DNA of 29,124 bases, from the NCBI GenBank assembly GCA_947503395.1, contig CANNDP010000001.1, positions 1 to 29,124 of the forward strand, read 5' to 3'. This stretch comes from Actinomycetota bacterium (GTDB lineage: Bacteria; Actinomycetota; Actinomycetes; Nanopelagicales; Nanopelagicaceae). Below the pieces are notes generated by a model. It had not been told where the DNA came from and made no database searches. It worked only from the letters and a program-made list of their open reading frames with translations. Positions 1 through 7,166 of the stretch are shown here, piece by piece. Position 1 is the first letter of the stretch. Every line of letters starts with the position of its first letter. Both the position numbers and the translations under genes were made by a program.

Positions 1-377
1 ACCTTTGACCACCAGACCTCATGTCCATGGCTTAGAGCAACAATTTTCTTGACATTACCTACTCTTAAAAACCTGGCAGAGATTGCAAGTGGAGCTGCAG
101 CTCCAAACCAAATCTTCTCTACTTTGCTCTGCTTTATAACTCTTCTAACTGCCCTTATTACCCGAGGGGTAGGCAGCAATATCTTGGATGAGTCGCGAAT
201 TACTTTAACGCCAAAGTTTTCTAGCCATTTCTGATCAAAGCTCTCACTGCCAATTTGCTTTGAGGTATAGACAATAACTTCGCCTTTTGGCATTCTTTCA
301 AGTAGGCCAATAATGAAAGTTTCAATTCCTCCTGCGCGCGGGCCAAAATCATTGGTCAGAAGCAATATTGAAGGCAT
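1..377 (-). CDS. Glycosyltransferase family 4, PimB'-like mannosyltransferase (5' part; runs off the left edge)
   Basis: Not in the ORF track; translated by hand from ATG 377: MPSILLLTNDFGPRAGGIETFIIGLLERMPKGEVIVYTS...WFGAAAPLAISARFLR...IVALSHGHEVWWSKV. The TNDFxPRxGGIE and THGHE-like motifs are typical of actinobacterial PimB' (Rv2188c-like), as is the position downstream of an NlpC/P60 gene. Confidence 0.85.
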   Translation of the reverse strand, partial: MPSILLLTNDFGPRAGGIETFIIGLLERMPKGEVIVYTSKQIGSESFDQKWLENFGVKVIRDSSKILLPTPRVIRAVRRVIKQSKVEKIWFGAAAPLAISARFLRVGNVKKIVALSHGHEVWWSK

Positions 378-383
378 TATTAA

Positions 384-389
384 ATTCTA
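384..389 (-). promoter_or_regulatory. -10 hexamer TAGAAT, 6 nt before ATG 377 (leaderless-type)
   Basis: Minus strand reads TAGAAT-TTAATA-ATG; no SD sequence. Confidence 0.6.
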
Positions 390-399
390 CTGATCAACT

Positions 400-1416
400 C
401 TAGAGTCGACGCGCTCCTACATACTTTTTCCGACCAAAGTAGTTTCCAAACTCTGCAATCTGCACTTTAGCTCCAGGTCTTGGCGCATGGACCATCTTGT
501 TCTTGCCAATATAGATTCCAACGTGAGATATGGGAGTGCCGAAAAAGACTAGGTCGCCTGCTTGGAGATTATTTCTTGAAATCGATCTTCCATAACCAAA
601 TTGCGCCCGCGAGGAGTGAGGCAATTTAACCCCAGATTGTTGGAAGGAGCGCATAGTCAGCCCTGAGCAATCCCAACGAATTGGCCCCGCTGCTCCCCAA
701 ACATAATTATCACCAATTTGTTTAACGGCATACCGAAGGGCAGTTCCAGCTCTTCCTGATACGGCATTTGCAAGCTTTGCCTGCTCTTGCGAGTATCTCT
801 GTCGCTCCGCTGCATCCATCGCCTGAAGCTTGAGAATTTTCTCTCGATCTGCTTTCTCTAGTTTTGATAATAACTTTTCGGCTTGAGCAAGCTTGGCTTC
901 AACTTGAGCTGCTTGAGCGCGATAGCGCGCCTCTGCTGCTTGAACCAATCTAACTTTGTCGCTGACTGTTAGTGATGTGGCATCGAGGCGCTGTTTGGCG
1001 GTGGCATACTTTCGAAGCTCTAGCGATTGCTTCCTAGTCACATCCTCTAGCGAGCCAGCAGCTGAGAGATAAAGGGATGGGTCTGAGGAGAAGAGCAGCT
1101 CTAAACCTTCACCGAGTCCTGTTGATTTGTATCGAGCCACTGCAATTGCTGACAGTGATTTCTCAATCGATTCAACGCTAGCTTTTTGAAGATCTGCTTC
1201 TTGGCGCACCGACTCCAATTGGGATTTAAGTCTGGCTAATTGAATCTTGGCAGCTTGGGCATTCTCTCCGGCTTCAGCGGCATCTTCTTGAAGGCGTTCA
1301 ACCTCTGCCCGGACTGCAACTAAGTCAGCGCTCGGGGCAGCGCTAGATGTTGGAAGAAGGGTGATGGCTAGAACTAGAGCCAAGAAAGGCGTTAGCCACC
1401 GAATAGCCAATTTCAT
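400..1416 (-). CDS. Secreted NlpC/P60 (C40) peptidoglycan endopeptidase with coiled-coil N-domain (RipC/PcsB-like)
   Basis: Signal-peptide-like N-terminus, long Ala/Gln/Glu/Lys coiled coil, and a C-terminal YVWGAAGP..DCSGL..GDLVFF..HVGIY..H catalytic domain. Confidence 0.93.
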   Translation of the reverse strand: MKLAIRWLTPFLALVLAITLLPTSSAAPSADLVAVRAEVERLQEDAAEAGENAQAAKIQLARLKSQLESVRQEADLQKASVESIEKSLSAIAVARYKSTGLGEGLELLFSSDPSLYLSAAGSLEDVTRKQSLELRKYATAKQRLDATSLTVSDKVRLVQAAEARYRAQAAQVEAKLAQAEKLLSKLEKADREKILKLQAMDAAERQRYSQEQAKLANAVSGRAGTALRYAVKQIGDNYVWGAAGPIRWDCSGLTMRSFQQSGVKLPHSSRAQFGYGRSISRNNLQAGDLVFFGTPISHVGIYIGKNKMVHAPRPGAKVQIAEFGNYFGRKKYVGARRL

Positions 1417-1422
1417 CGCGTT

Positions 1423-1428
1423 AGGCTA
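1423..1428 (-). promoter_or_regulatory. -10 hexamer TAGCCT, 6 nt before ATG 1416 (leaderless-type)
   Basis: Minus strand reads TAGCCT-AACGCG-ATG. Confidence 0.55.
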
Positions 1429-1448
1429 ACTGCGAAAGTAAGGCCAGC

Positions 1449-1682
1449 TCAACCTGAAAGGGCTTGATTTGCCTGTGAATTATTACTTTCTCCCGCGCTC
1501 TGAGCGTAGCGAAGAGGAGGAATCATTCCCCTCGATGAGAGAAGATCAATTACTCGCGCCTCTTCAAGGCCAAGCTCTGAGGGCTCATGGCTCTGATTAC
1601 TCGGGGCAGAAATTAGGACGGAAACTACGCAATCTTTACATGCGATATCTCGCATGATGCAACTATCGCAATCAATAATCAT
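1449..1682 (-). CDS. Small conserved actinobacterial protein, 77 aa, CxxC-x6-CxxC (putative metal-binding)
   Basis: MIIDCDSCIMRDIACKDCVVSVLISAP...EEARVIDLLSSRGMIPPLRY. Start moved from 1718 (GTG) to ATG 1682 because of the promoter box 7 nt upstream and the recalled family N-terminus (IDCDxC..CxDCVVxVLL). Confidence 0.75.
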   Translation of the reverse strand: MIIDCDSCIMRDIACKDCVVSVLISAPSNQSHEPSELGLEEARVIDLLSSRGMIPPLRYAQSAGESNNSQANQALSG

Positions 1683-1689
1683 GAAGGCA

Positions 1690-1711
1690 ACGATAGAGAG
1701 CGGCACTGACA
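1690..1711 (-). promoter_or_regulatory. RecA-NDp / PafBC-type promoter: TGTCAGTG-N8-TATCGT
   Basis: Minus strand reads TGTCAGTG (1711-1704) CCGCTCTC TATCGT (1695-1690) TGCCTTC ATG. Sequence and spacing match the mycobacterial RecA-NDp consensus tTGTCRgtg-N8-TAnnnT. Confidence 0.7.
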
Positions 1712-1726
1712 TCATCACTTGGGCGG

Positions 1727-1732
1727 TAGCGT
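1727..1732 (+). promoter_or_regulatory. -10 hexamer TAGCGT, 7 nt before ATG 1740 (leaderless-type)
   Basis: TAGCGT-GCTACTT-ATG. Confidence 0.5.
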
Positions 1733-1739
1733 GCTACTT

Positions 1740-2261
1740 ATGAAGCAAGGCCCAGAGGTCAAAACGATGGCCAATATTCTCCTGGCAAGGAATCTGGCCA
1801 CCAGCCTTGGGGGTAGCTCAAGGGAGTTAAGTCCCAAAAGTGATCGAATTAGATTCCACCAGATTCGCACGCTAGCCAAAGCGATATTAATTGGCGGCCA
1901 GAGTTATAGAAATGAGCCCTACTCTAAATTGAGCCTTCCGCTCTATATCTCATCTCGCACGCTTAACGAAGGAGCCGCTGGTAATAAATTCATCTTTAAT
2001 CAAGATCCAGCCTGGCTAATTAATCGCGCTTTATTAGAGCAGGGCTGCCCAGTATTGATAGAGGGTGGGGTGAATTTCATCTCGAATTTAATTGCCGAGA
2101 GCCTAATTGATCTTCTCTACATCACCAGAGTTAATCAAGATGGTGATGGCCACTTCTTTGATGAGAGCCAATTACTTAAGAATTACCAGAGACAATCCAT
2201 TGAGGACATAGATGGCGCTAGCTTTGAAAGTTGGGGAGTTAAGTTAAAAAGCAGCGATTAA
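1740..2261 (+). CDS. RibD C-terminal / dihydrofolate reductase-fold protein
   Basis: GGSSRELSPKSDRIRFHQIR, AILIGGQSYRNE, VLIEGG..F..LIAESLIDLLYIT. Start placed at ATG 1740 (ORF track gives TTG 1719; ATG 1767 is also possible). Confidence 0.75.
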   Translation: MKQGPEVKTMANILLARNLATSLGGSSRELSPKSDRIRFHQIRTLAKAILIGGQSYRNEPYSKLSLPLYISSRTLNEGAAGNKFIFNQDPAWLINRALLEQGCPVLIEGGVNFISNLIAESLIDLLYITRVNQDGDGHFFDESQLLKNYQRQSIEDIDGASFESWGVKLKSSD

Positions 2262-3083
2262 AAGTACTCCGCCTAGCGCAAAAGCAATTCCTAAGTATTG
2301 AACTTTAGCTAATCTCTCTTGAAGAAATTTATATGCTAAAAGAATTGTCACTATCGGAAATAGCGAACCTAGAACCATAGCGATAGAAACTAGGCCTTTG
2401 GTAGTTGCTACCCCAAGGAGAAAGTTTGCTAGAAAATCTGCAACACCAATAAATATCAATAGTGGAAATTCTTTCCTTGGTATTCCACCAAGGCTTCGAT
2501 ATCTAATCGCTAGCAGAATGCAGATTGATACTGAAGCAACTCTCATCGAAGTCATGGTGTGAAGGGAATCAGTCTCAGAGCCAATTGCAATAAATGTTAG
2601 GGCAGTTCCAAAACCAATTGCAGCTACCACTGCTAACAAGAGAGGCTTTACTGGAAGACCATTTCTTATCTCAGGTCCGCTTGCCATAAATGCTCCCGCG
2701 ATAGCAATTGCTATTCCAATCAACTCAAGAGAGGTAGGTCGCTCACCTCTTGCCAGCGCAAAAAACAATGGAATTAGAACTGAAAGCGAACTAATTGGCG
2801 AAACAACTCCCATACGTCCGGTAGCAAGACCGGTATAAAAAGCGATGAGGCCGATAAACCCAGCGATGCCAGCAATCACTCCTGGGATGAAATAGCCACT
2901 CATTGAAAGATTTGGTCTTATGAATTCTGCAAAAAAGAGAATTGTTAAAAGGCCAAAGATGAGCCCAAATATCTGCGAGATCGCTGTAACGGCGATTGCT
3001 TTAAAGCGCTTAGAGAGGTTTCCAGCTAAGTAATCCGCAGTTCCCCAGAGCAGGCTGGAAGCTAGCGCAAGTAATGAACCCAT
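2244..3083 (-). CDS. EamA / DMT-family transporter
   Basis: About 10 hydrophobic segments in two repeats; LLWGTADYLAG and GxMGVVSPISS, and SIAMVLGSLFPIVTILLA..LQERL motifs. Confidence 0.9.
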   Translation of the reverse strand: MGSLLALASSLLWGTADYLAGNLSKRFKAIAVTAISQIFGLIFGLLTILFFAEFIRPNLSMSGYFIPGVIAGIAGFIGLIAFYTGLATGRMGVVSPISSLSVLIPLFFALARGERPTSLELIGIAIAIAGAFMASGPEIRNGLPVKPLLLAVVAAIGFGTALTFIAIGSETDSLHTMTSMRVASVSICILLAIRYRSLGGIPRKEFPLLIFIGVADFLANFLLGVATTKGLVSIAMVLGSLFPIVTILLAYKFLQERLAKVQYLGIAFALGGVLLIAAF

Positions 3084-3089
3084 TATTCA

Positions 3090-3095
3090 AGGTTA
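3090..3095 (-). promoter_or_regulatory. -10 hexamer TAACCT, 6 nt before ATG 3083 (leaderless-type)
   Basis: Minus strand reads TAACCT-TGAATA-ATG. Confidence 0.55.
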
Positions 3096-3143
3096 TCGCC
3101 TCATAGGCCCTCGCGCCTCCCGCTGACTCATTTAACTCTTGCC

Positions 3144-3149
3144 TACCCT
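3144..3149 (+). promoter_or_regulatory. -10 hexamer TACCCT, 7 nt before ATG 3157 (leaderless-type)
   Basis: TACCCT-TATCCTT-ATG. Confidence 0.5.
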
Positions 3150-3156
3150 TATCCTT

Positions 3157-3723
3157 ATGAAAGAGGCGAATCGAAACTTTGATACTTTTATCGAAGATAT
3201 AAAAGCCATTAAGGCGCGCCCTGAAATCTCCATCTCTGAAATACCTGCGCCGCAAAAACTTGCCCCCTATGCCTTTGCTATCACCGCCGATCTAGCACTT
3301 GATATTGATAGTGAAGATGACATCGCAACTGGCAGATTCGTTCTCCTTCATGATCCAGATGGACAAGAATCTTGGGATGGCACTTTTCGCTGCGTAACCT
3401 TTGTTCGCTCAGCCCTTGATATTGAGATTCAATCAGATCCCATGTTGCCTGATGTTGGCTGGTCTTGGTTTATTGACGCACTCAAAAACAGCGGTGCAAG
3501 TTATAGCCAGCCCAGCGGAACCGTTACTCGAGTGGCGAGCGCATCATATGGAGAACTCTCATCACATGATGAATCATCCGAGATAGAGATTCGAGCCTCG
3601 TGGACTGCAGATAATCCTGAAGAGTTAATGAGCCATGTCCATGCTTGGCTAGAGCTAATGGCAAGCGCAGCAGGCCTTGCCCCTCTTCCTGAGGGTGTGG
3701 CCTCACTTCCGCAAAAGCGTTAA
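3157..3723 (+). CDS. DUF3000 family protein
   Basis: EIPAPQKLAPYAFA, ATGRFVLLHDPDGQESWDGTFRCVTF, DPMLPDVGWSW, EIEIRASWT. Start moved from TTG 3139 to ATG 3157. Confidence 0.88.
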   Translation: MKEANRNFDTFIEDIKAIKARPEISISEIPAPQKLAPYAFAITADLALDIDSEDDIATGRFVLLHDPDGQESWDGTFRCVTFVRSALDIEIQSDPMLPDVGWSWFIDALKNSGASYSQPSGTVTRVASASYGELSSHDESSEIEIRASWTADNPEELMSHVHAWLELMASAAGLAPLPEGVASLPQKR

Positions 3724-3729
3724 TTAACT

Positions 3730-5034
3730 GTGAGTGAGCAAGAGACAAATCTTCGCGCCCTAAAGGTTCCAGAACAGGGAACTCCAGAGCTAATTACAAC
3801 TGAGGATTACTTGGCTGCAGCAATTGACCAACTCAAATCTGGTCACGGCCCCATCGCTATTGATGCCGAGCGCGCCTCAGGATTTCGCTATAGCTCAAGG
3901 GCCTATCTAATACAGATATATCGAAGGGGCGGGGGCTTACATCTAATTGATCCAATCCAATTTCACCAAAGCCCTCTAATTGGCCAATTAAATGAAGTTA
4001 TTAGAGGCGAGGAAACAATCATCCATGCCAGCACTCAAGATCTGCCTTGTCTTCGTGATTGGGGCATAGATCCGAAAGAGCTATTTGATACTGAATTAGG
4101 AGCAAGAATTGCAGGTTGTCCAAGAGTTGGCCTCGGTCATTTAGTTGAAAGTTTATTACAGATCTCACTTGCTAAAGAGCATTCAGCTGTTGATTGGTCA
4201 ATTCGCCCACTAGAGCAAGAATGGCTTGATTATGCCGCACTTGATGTAGCCCTACTTATTGATCTGAGAGATAAAGTGGCAGAACTTCTTGAGGCGCAAG
4301 GAAAATTAAAGTGGGCGATGCAAGACTTTGCGGCAATATTAAAAAGTCCTCCCCCGCAAAAGAGAAAGGAGCCTTGGCGAAGAACTTCTGGAATGCATGA
4401 GATTAAATCGCGATATCAACTAGCAATCATTAGGCAGCTCTGGCAGGTAAGAGATGAGATTGCAGCCTCAATTGATCTAGCTCCAGGAAGGCTCCTATCG
4501 GATGCGGTGATCATCGCTTTGGCTAAATCTAATGTGAAGAGTAAAGATGAAATGATGAAACTTAGCGAAGCTAAAGCGCGAATAAGAAATGAAGTTCAGA
4601 AGAGCTACATTGAAACTTGGCTAGAGACATTTCTTGCAGCCCAGAGCTTAACTCAAGAGCAGTGGCCAGAACTTCGAAGCAAGAGTGATTTACTTCCGCC
4701 AGTAAAGATCTGGAAGGTAAAGTTTCCAATCGCTTATGCTCACATAAGCCATGCCAAAGCTAAGTTAAGTGAAATTGCAGGAGAGCTAAATGTCCCGCTA
4801 GAAAACCTCATCGGCCCTGAGTTGGTAAGAAAAGTCTGCTTTGATCAGGCAAGTGAACAAGTCCATAAGATGAGCGAGGCCCTGCTAGCAAGAGTTGAAG
4901 TGCAGTTAAGACTAAATGGGGCAAGAGAGTGGCAGATAGAAAAGTGCTCTCAAGCTCTGGCGGAATGCCTCGGAGAAGCTGAGCCACTGCCCCCTTCCGC
5001 CCCAATCCAGGATGAAACCGAGGCTCAAGAGTGA
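3730..5034 (+). CDS. rnd: Ribonuclease D (DEDDy 3'-5' exonuclease with HRDC domain)
   Basis: IAIDAERASG, HASTQDL, FDTELGARIAG and YAALDV exonuclease motifs, followed by HRDC (RDEIAASIDLAPGRLLSD). Confidence 0.9.
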   Translation: MSEQETNLRALKVPEQGTPELITTEDYLAAAIDQLKSGHGPIAIDAERASGFRYSSRAYLIQIYRRGGGLHLIDPIQFHQSPLIGQLNEVIRGEETIIHASTQDLPCLRDWGIDPKELFDTELGARIAGCPRVGLGHLVESLLQISLAKEHSAVDWSIRPLEQEWLDYAALDVALLIDLRDKVAELLEAQGKLKWAMQDFAAILKSPPPQKRKEPWRRTSGMHEIKSRYQLAIIRQLWQVRDEIAASIDLAPGRLLSDAVIIALAKSNVKSKDEMMKLSEAKARIRNEVQKSYIETWLETFLAAQSLTQEQWPELRSKSDLLPPVKIWKVKFPIAYAHISHAKAKLSEIAGELNVPLENLIGPELVRKVCFDQASEQVHKMSEALLARVEVQLRLNGAREWQIEKCSQALAECLGEAEPLPPSAPIQDETEAQE

Positions 5035-5040
5035 GATGAA

Positions 5041-5064
5041 TTACGCAACATTAGAGTTGCGTAA
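5041..5064. repeat. Perfect 9-6-9 inverted repeat TTACGCAAC-ATTAGA-GTTGCGTAA (terminator or operator)
   Basis: Directly visible between the rnd stop and the efeU -10; no U-tract on the + strand. Confidence 0.7.
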
Positions 5065-5080
5065 ATCGCTGGAGTTGGTT

Positions 5081-5086
5081 TACTCT
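5081..5086 (+). promoter_or_regulatory. -10 hexamer TACTCT, 6 nt before ATG 5093; possible -35 TTGCGT at 5057-5062
   Basis: TACTCT-TAAACC-ATG; 18-nt spacer from TTGCGT. Confidence 0.55.
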
Positions 5087-5092
5087 TAAACC

Positions 5093-5914
5093 ATGCTCAG
5101 CAATTTCCTAATAGCCCTGCGAGAAGGCCTTGAAGCTTCCTTGATCGTTGGAATTCTCGTGGCCTATGTGGTTAAGACCAACCGTCGCCATCTCTTACCG
5201 CCTTTATGGAGCGGAGTTGGTGTTGCCCTAGCTACCTCTTTTGCGCTCGGTGGCTTCCTGGCTTTCACCTCAGCCGAACTCTCTGAAAGAGGGGAGGAAT
5301 TCTTTGCTGGAACTACTTCTTTCGTCGCTGTCGCCCTAGTTACGTGGATGGTCTTTTGGATGAAGGCGACCGCCAGAGCCCTTCGGGATACTCTCCACGA
5401 AAAGGTTGAGACCGCAGCAATGGTTGGTCCCCTAGCACTTGCCGCCGCAGCATTTTTCGCTGTCGCACGCGAGGGCCTTGAGACAGCTCTTTTTGTCTAC
5501 TCAAATTTCCAGGTTGCTGGAACAAAGATTCCTGCCACGATCGGTTTGGTTTCTGGCCTTCTACTTTCAGTTTTACTTGGATATGCCATATATCGAAGAG
5601 CGATTAGGTTCAATCTTTCGAAGTTCTTTACGATAACTGGCGTCGCACTGATTGTTGTTGCCGCTGGAGTTCTATCTTATGGAATCCATGAATTCCAAGA
5701 ATTGGGTTGGCTTCCTGGGGAAGAGTCATATGCCTGGGATGTCACATCCTGGATGGCAGCAGATTCCATTATGGGATCACTGCTTGCTGGAACTATCGGA
5801 TTTGATACTACGATGTCTTGGCTGCAATTGCTTGCTTATAGCGCCTACATTCTTGGAACGCTTTATCTATATCTAAGACCTGCCAAGAGCCTGACCCCTG
5901 TAAGGCAGAGTTAA
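5093..5914 (+). CDS. efeU: FTR1-family high-affinity iron permease (EfeU-like)
   Basis: Two REGLE motifs (LREGLEASL, AREGLETALF), about 7 TM segments, AAGVLSYGIHEFQE. Confidence 0.92.
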   Translation: MLSNFLIALREGLEASLIVGILVAYVVKTNRRHLLPPLWSGVGVALATSFALGGFLAFTSAELSERGEEFFAGTTSFVAVALVTWMVFWMKATARALRDTLHEKVETAAMVGPLALAAAAFFAVAREGLETALFVYSNFQVAGTKIPATIGLVSGLLLSVLLGYAIYRRAIRFNLSKFFTITGVALIVVAAGVLSYGIHEFQELGWLPGEESYAWDVTSWMAADSIMGSLLAGTIGFDTTMSWLQLLAYSAYILGTLYLYLRPAKSLTPVRQS

Positions 5915-5936
5915 TAGCTCAAAAGCACTTTGCTAA

Positions 5937-5958
5937 TAGGTTACTGACCAGTAACCTA
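5937..5958. promoter_or_regulatory. Perfect 9-4-9 palindrome TAGGTTACT-GACC-AGTAACCTA overlapping the fadA -10 (TAACCT 5952-5957, 6 nt before ATG 5964); probable repressor operator
   Basis: The palindrome is directly visible. Core GTTACT-N4-AGTAAC resembles actinobacterial TetR-family acyl-CoA-catabolism operators (recalled). Confidence 0.75.
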
Positions 5959-5963
5959 GCGGA

Positions 5964-7166
5964 ATGAATACTGCCACCACCTCAACAAATGTAGTTCTCC
6001 TTGATGCTGTTCGCTCCCCGTTTGGTAAAGCTGGAAGTTTATATGCCGGCACCCGCGCCGATGACATTATTGTTCGAACTATTCGCGGCCTGCTGGAGCG
6101 AAATCCATCTGTTAAGCCATCTGAAATTGATGATGTAGCAATTGCTGCTGCTACTCAATATGGCGATCAAGGAATGAACATTGGTAGAAGCGCATCACTT
6201 CTGGCAGGAATTCCAAATACTGTTCCGGGTTATTCAATTGATCGCTGGTGCGCAGGCGCGCTAACTTCAGTGACAACTCTCGCTGGATCTATTGCGATGG
6301 GCGCATACGATCTTGCAATCGCTGGCGGTGTTGAACATATGGGCAATCACCCGATGGGCGATGGCATGGATCCAAACCCCAGATATTTAGCAGAGAAGTT
6401 AGTTGATACCGATGCCCTCTCGATGGGAAATACTGCAGAGCGTCTCCACGATAAATTCCCACACCTAACTAAAGAGAGAGCAGATAAGTATGCACTTCGC
6501 TCTCAAGAAAAGACTGCTGCTGCATACAAAAGTGGAAAGATTCAACCTAATTTAATTCCAGTTGCAGTTAGAAATGCTGAGCAAGGTTGGGGGGTTGCAA
6601 CAGTTGATGAACCACCAAGGCCTGGAACAACGCTTGAAGCACTTGCTGCGCTAAAGACTCCATTTCGTCCTCAGGGCAGAGTAACTGCTGGAAATGCAGC
6701 AGGACTAAACGATGGTGCAACAGCAGCGCTGCTTGCTAGCGAGAGCAAAGCTAAAGAGCTGGGACTATCACCAAAGGCCAGAATGATTACCTTTGCATTT
6801 GCTGGAGTTGAACCAGAGATCATGGGATATGGGCCTGTGCCATCAACCCTTAAGGCTCTTGATAAGGCAGGCTTAAAGATTGAAGATATTGGTTTATTTG
6901 AAATCAATGAAGCCTTCTCAATCCAAGTTCTCTCATTCCTTGACTACTTTGGAATCGGAGATGATGATCCAAGAGTGAATCCCTATGGTGGCGCAATTGC
7001 TGTTGGCCATCCACTTGCATCATCAGGAATCCGTTTGATTCTCAATCTTGCTGAGGGTTTTAAAGAACACCCAGAAGTTAGATATGGCATCACCACTATG
7101 TGTATTGGACTTGGAATGGGTGGAACCATCATCTGGGAGAACCCAAATTACAAAAAGGGAGCTTAA
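5964..7166 (+). CDS. fadA: Acetyl-CoA C-acyltransferase (3-ketoacyl-CoA thiolase)
   Basis: DRWCAG (catalytic Cys), VTAGNAAGLNDGA, EINEAFS, GGAIAVGHPLASSG, TMCIGLGMG. Confidence 0.95.
   Translation: MNTATTSTNVVLLDAVRSPFGKAGSLYAGTRADDIIVRTIRGLLERNPSVKPSEIDDVAIAAATQYGDQGMNIGRSASLLAGIPNTVPGYSIDRWCAGALTSVTTLAGSIAMGAYDLAIAGGVEHMGNHPMGDGMDPNPRYLAEKLVDTDALSMGNTAERLHDKFPHLTKERADKYALRSQEKTAAAYKSGKIQPNLIPVAVRNAEQGWGVATVDEPPRPGTTLEALAALKTPFRPQGRVTAGNAAGLNDGATAALLASESKAKELGLSPKARMITFAFAGVEPEIMGYGPVPSTLKALDKAGLKIEDIGLFEINEAFSIQVLSFLDYFGIGDDDPRVNPYGGAIAVGHPLASSGIRLILNLAEGFKEHPEVRYGITTMCIGLGMGGTIIWENPNYKKGA

Noticed and set aside
49-234. 61-aa + strand ORF
   Set aside because: Antisense shadow of the glycosyltransferase on the minus strand.
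1420-1430. GTTAGGCTAAC matches the central 11 bp of the IdeR/DtxR box
   Set aside because: The outer arms do not match (12 of 19 overall), the core is explained by the -10 TAGCCT on the minus strand, and the downstream gene is not iron-related.
1417-1448. Possible c-di-AMP (ydaO) riboswitch, often found before actinobacterial NlpC/P60 genes
   Set aside because: Only 32 bp of intergenic space, far too short.
1469-1657. 62-aa + strand ORF
   Set aside because: Antisense to the 4-Cys protein, with no motif or promoter support.
5093-5914. efeU looked somewhat more GC-rich (about 53% in a 180-bp sample at 5101-5280) than its surroundings, suggesting recent transfer
   Set aside because: The sample is too small and confounded by Ala/Gly/Val-rich TM segments; no flanking repeats or mobility genes.
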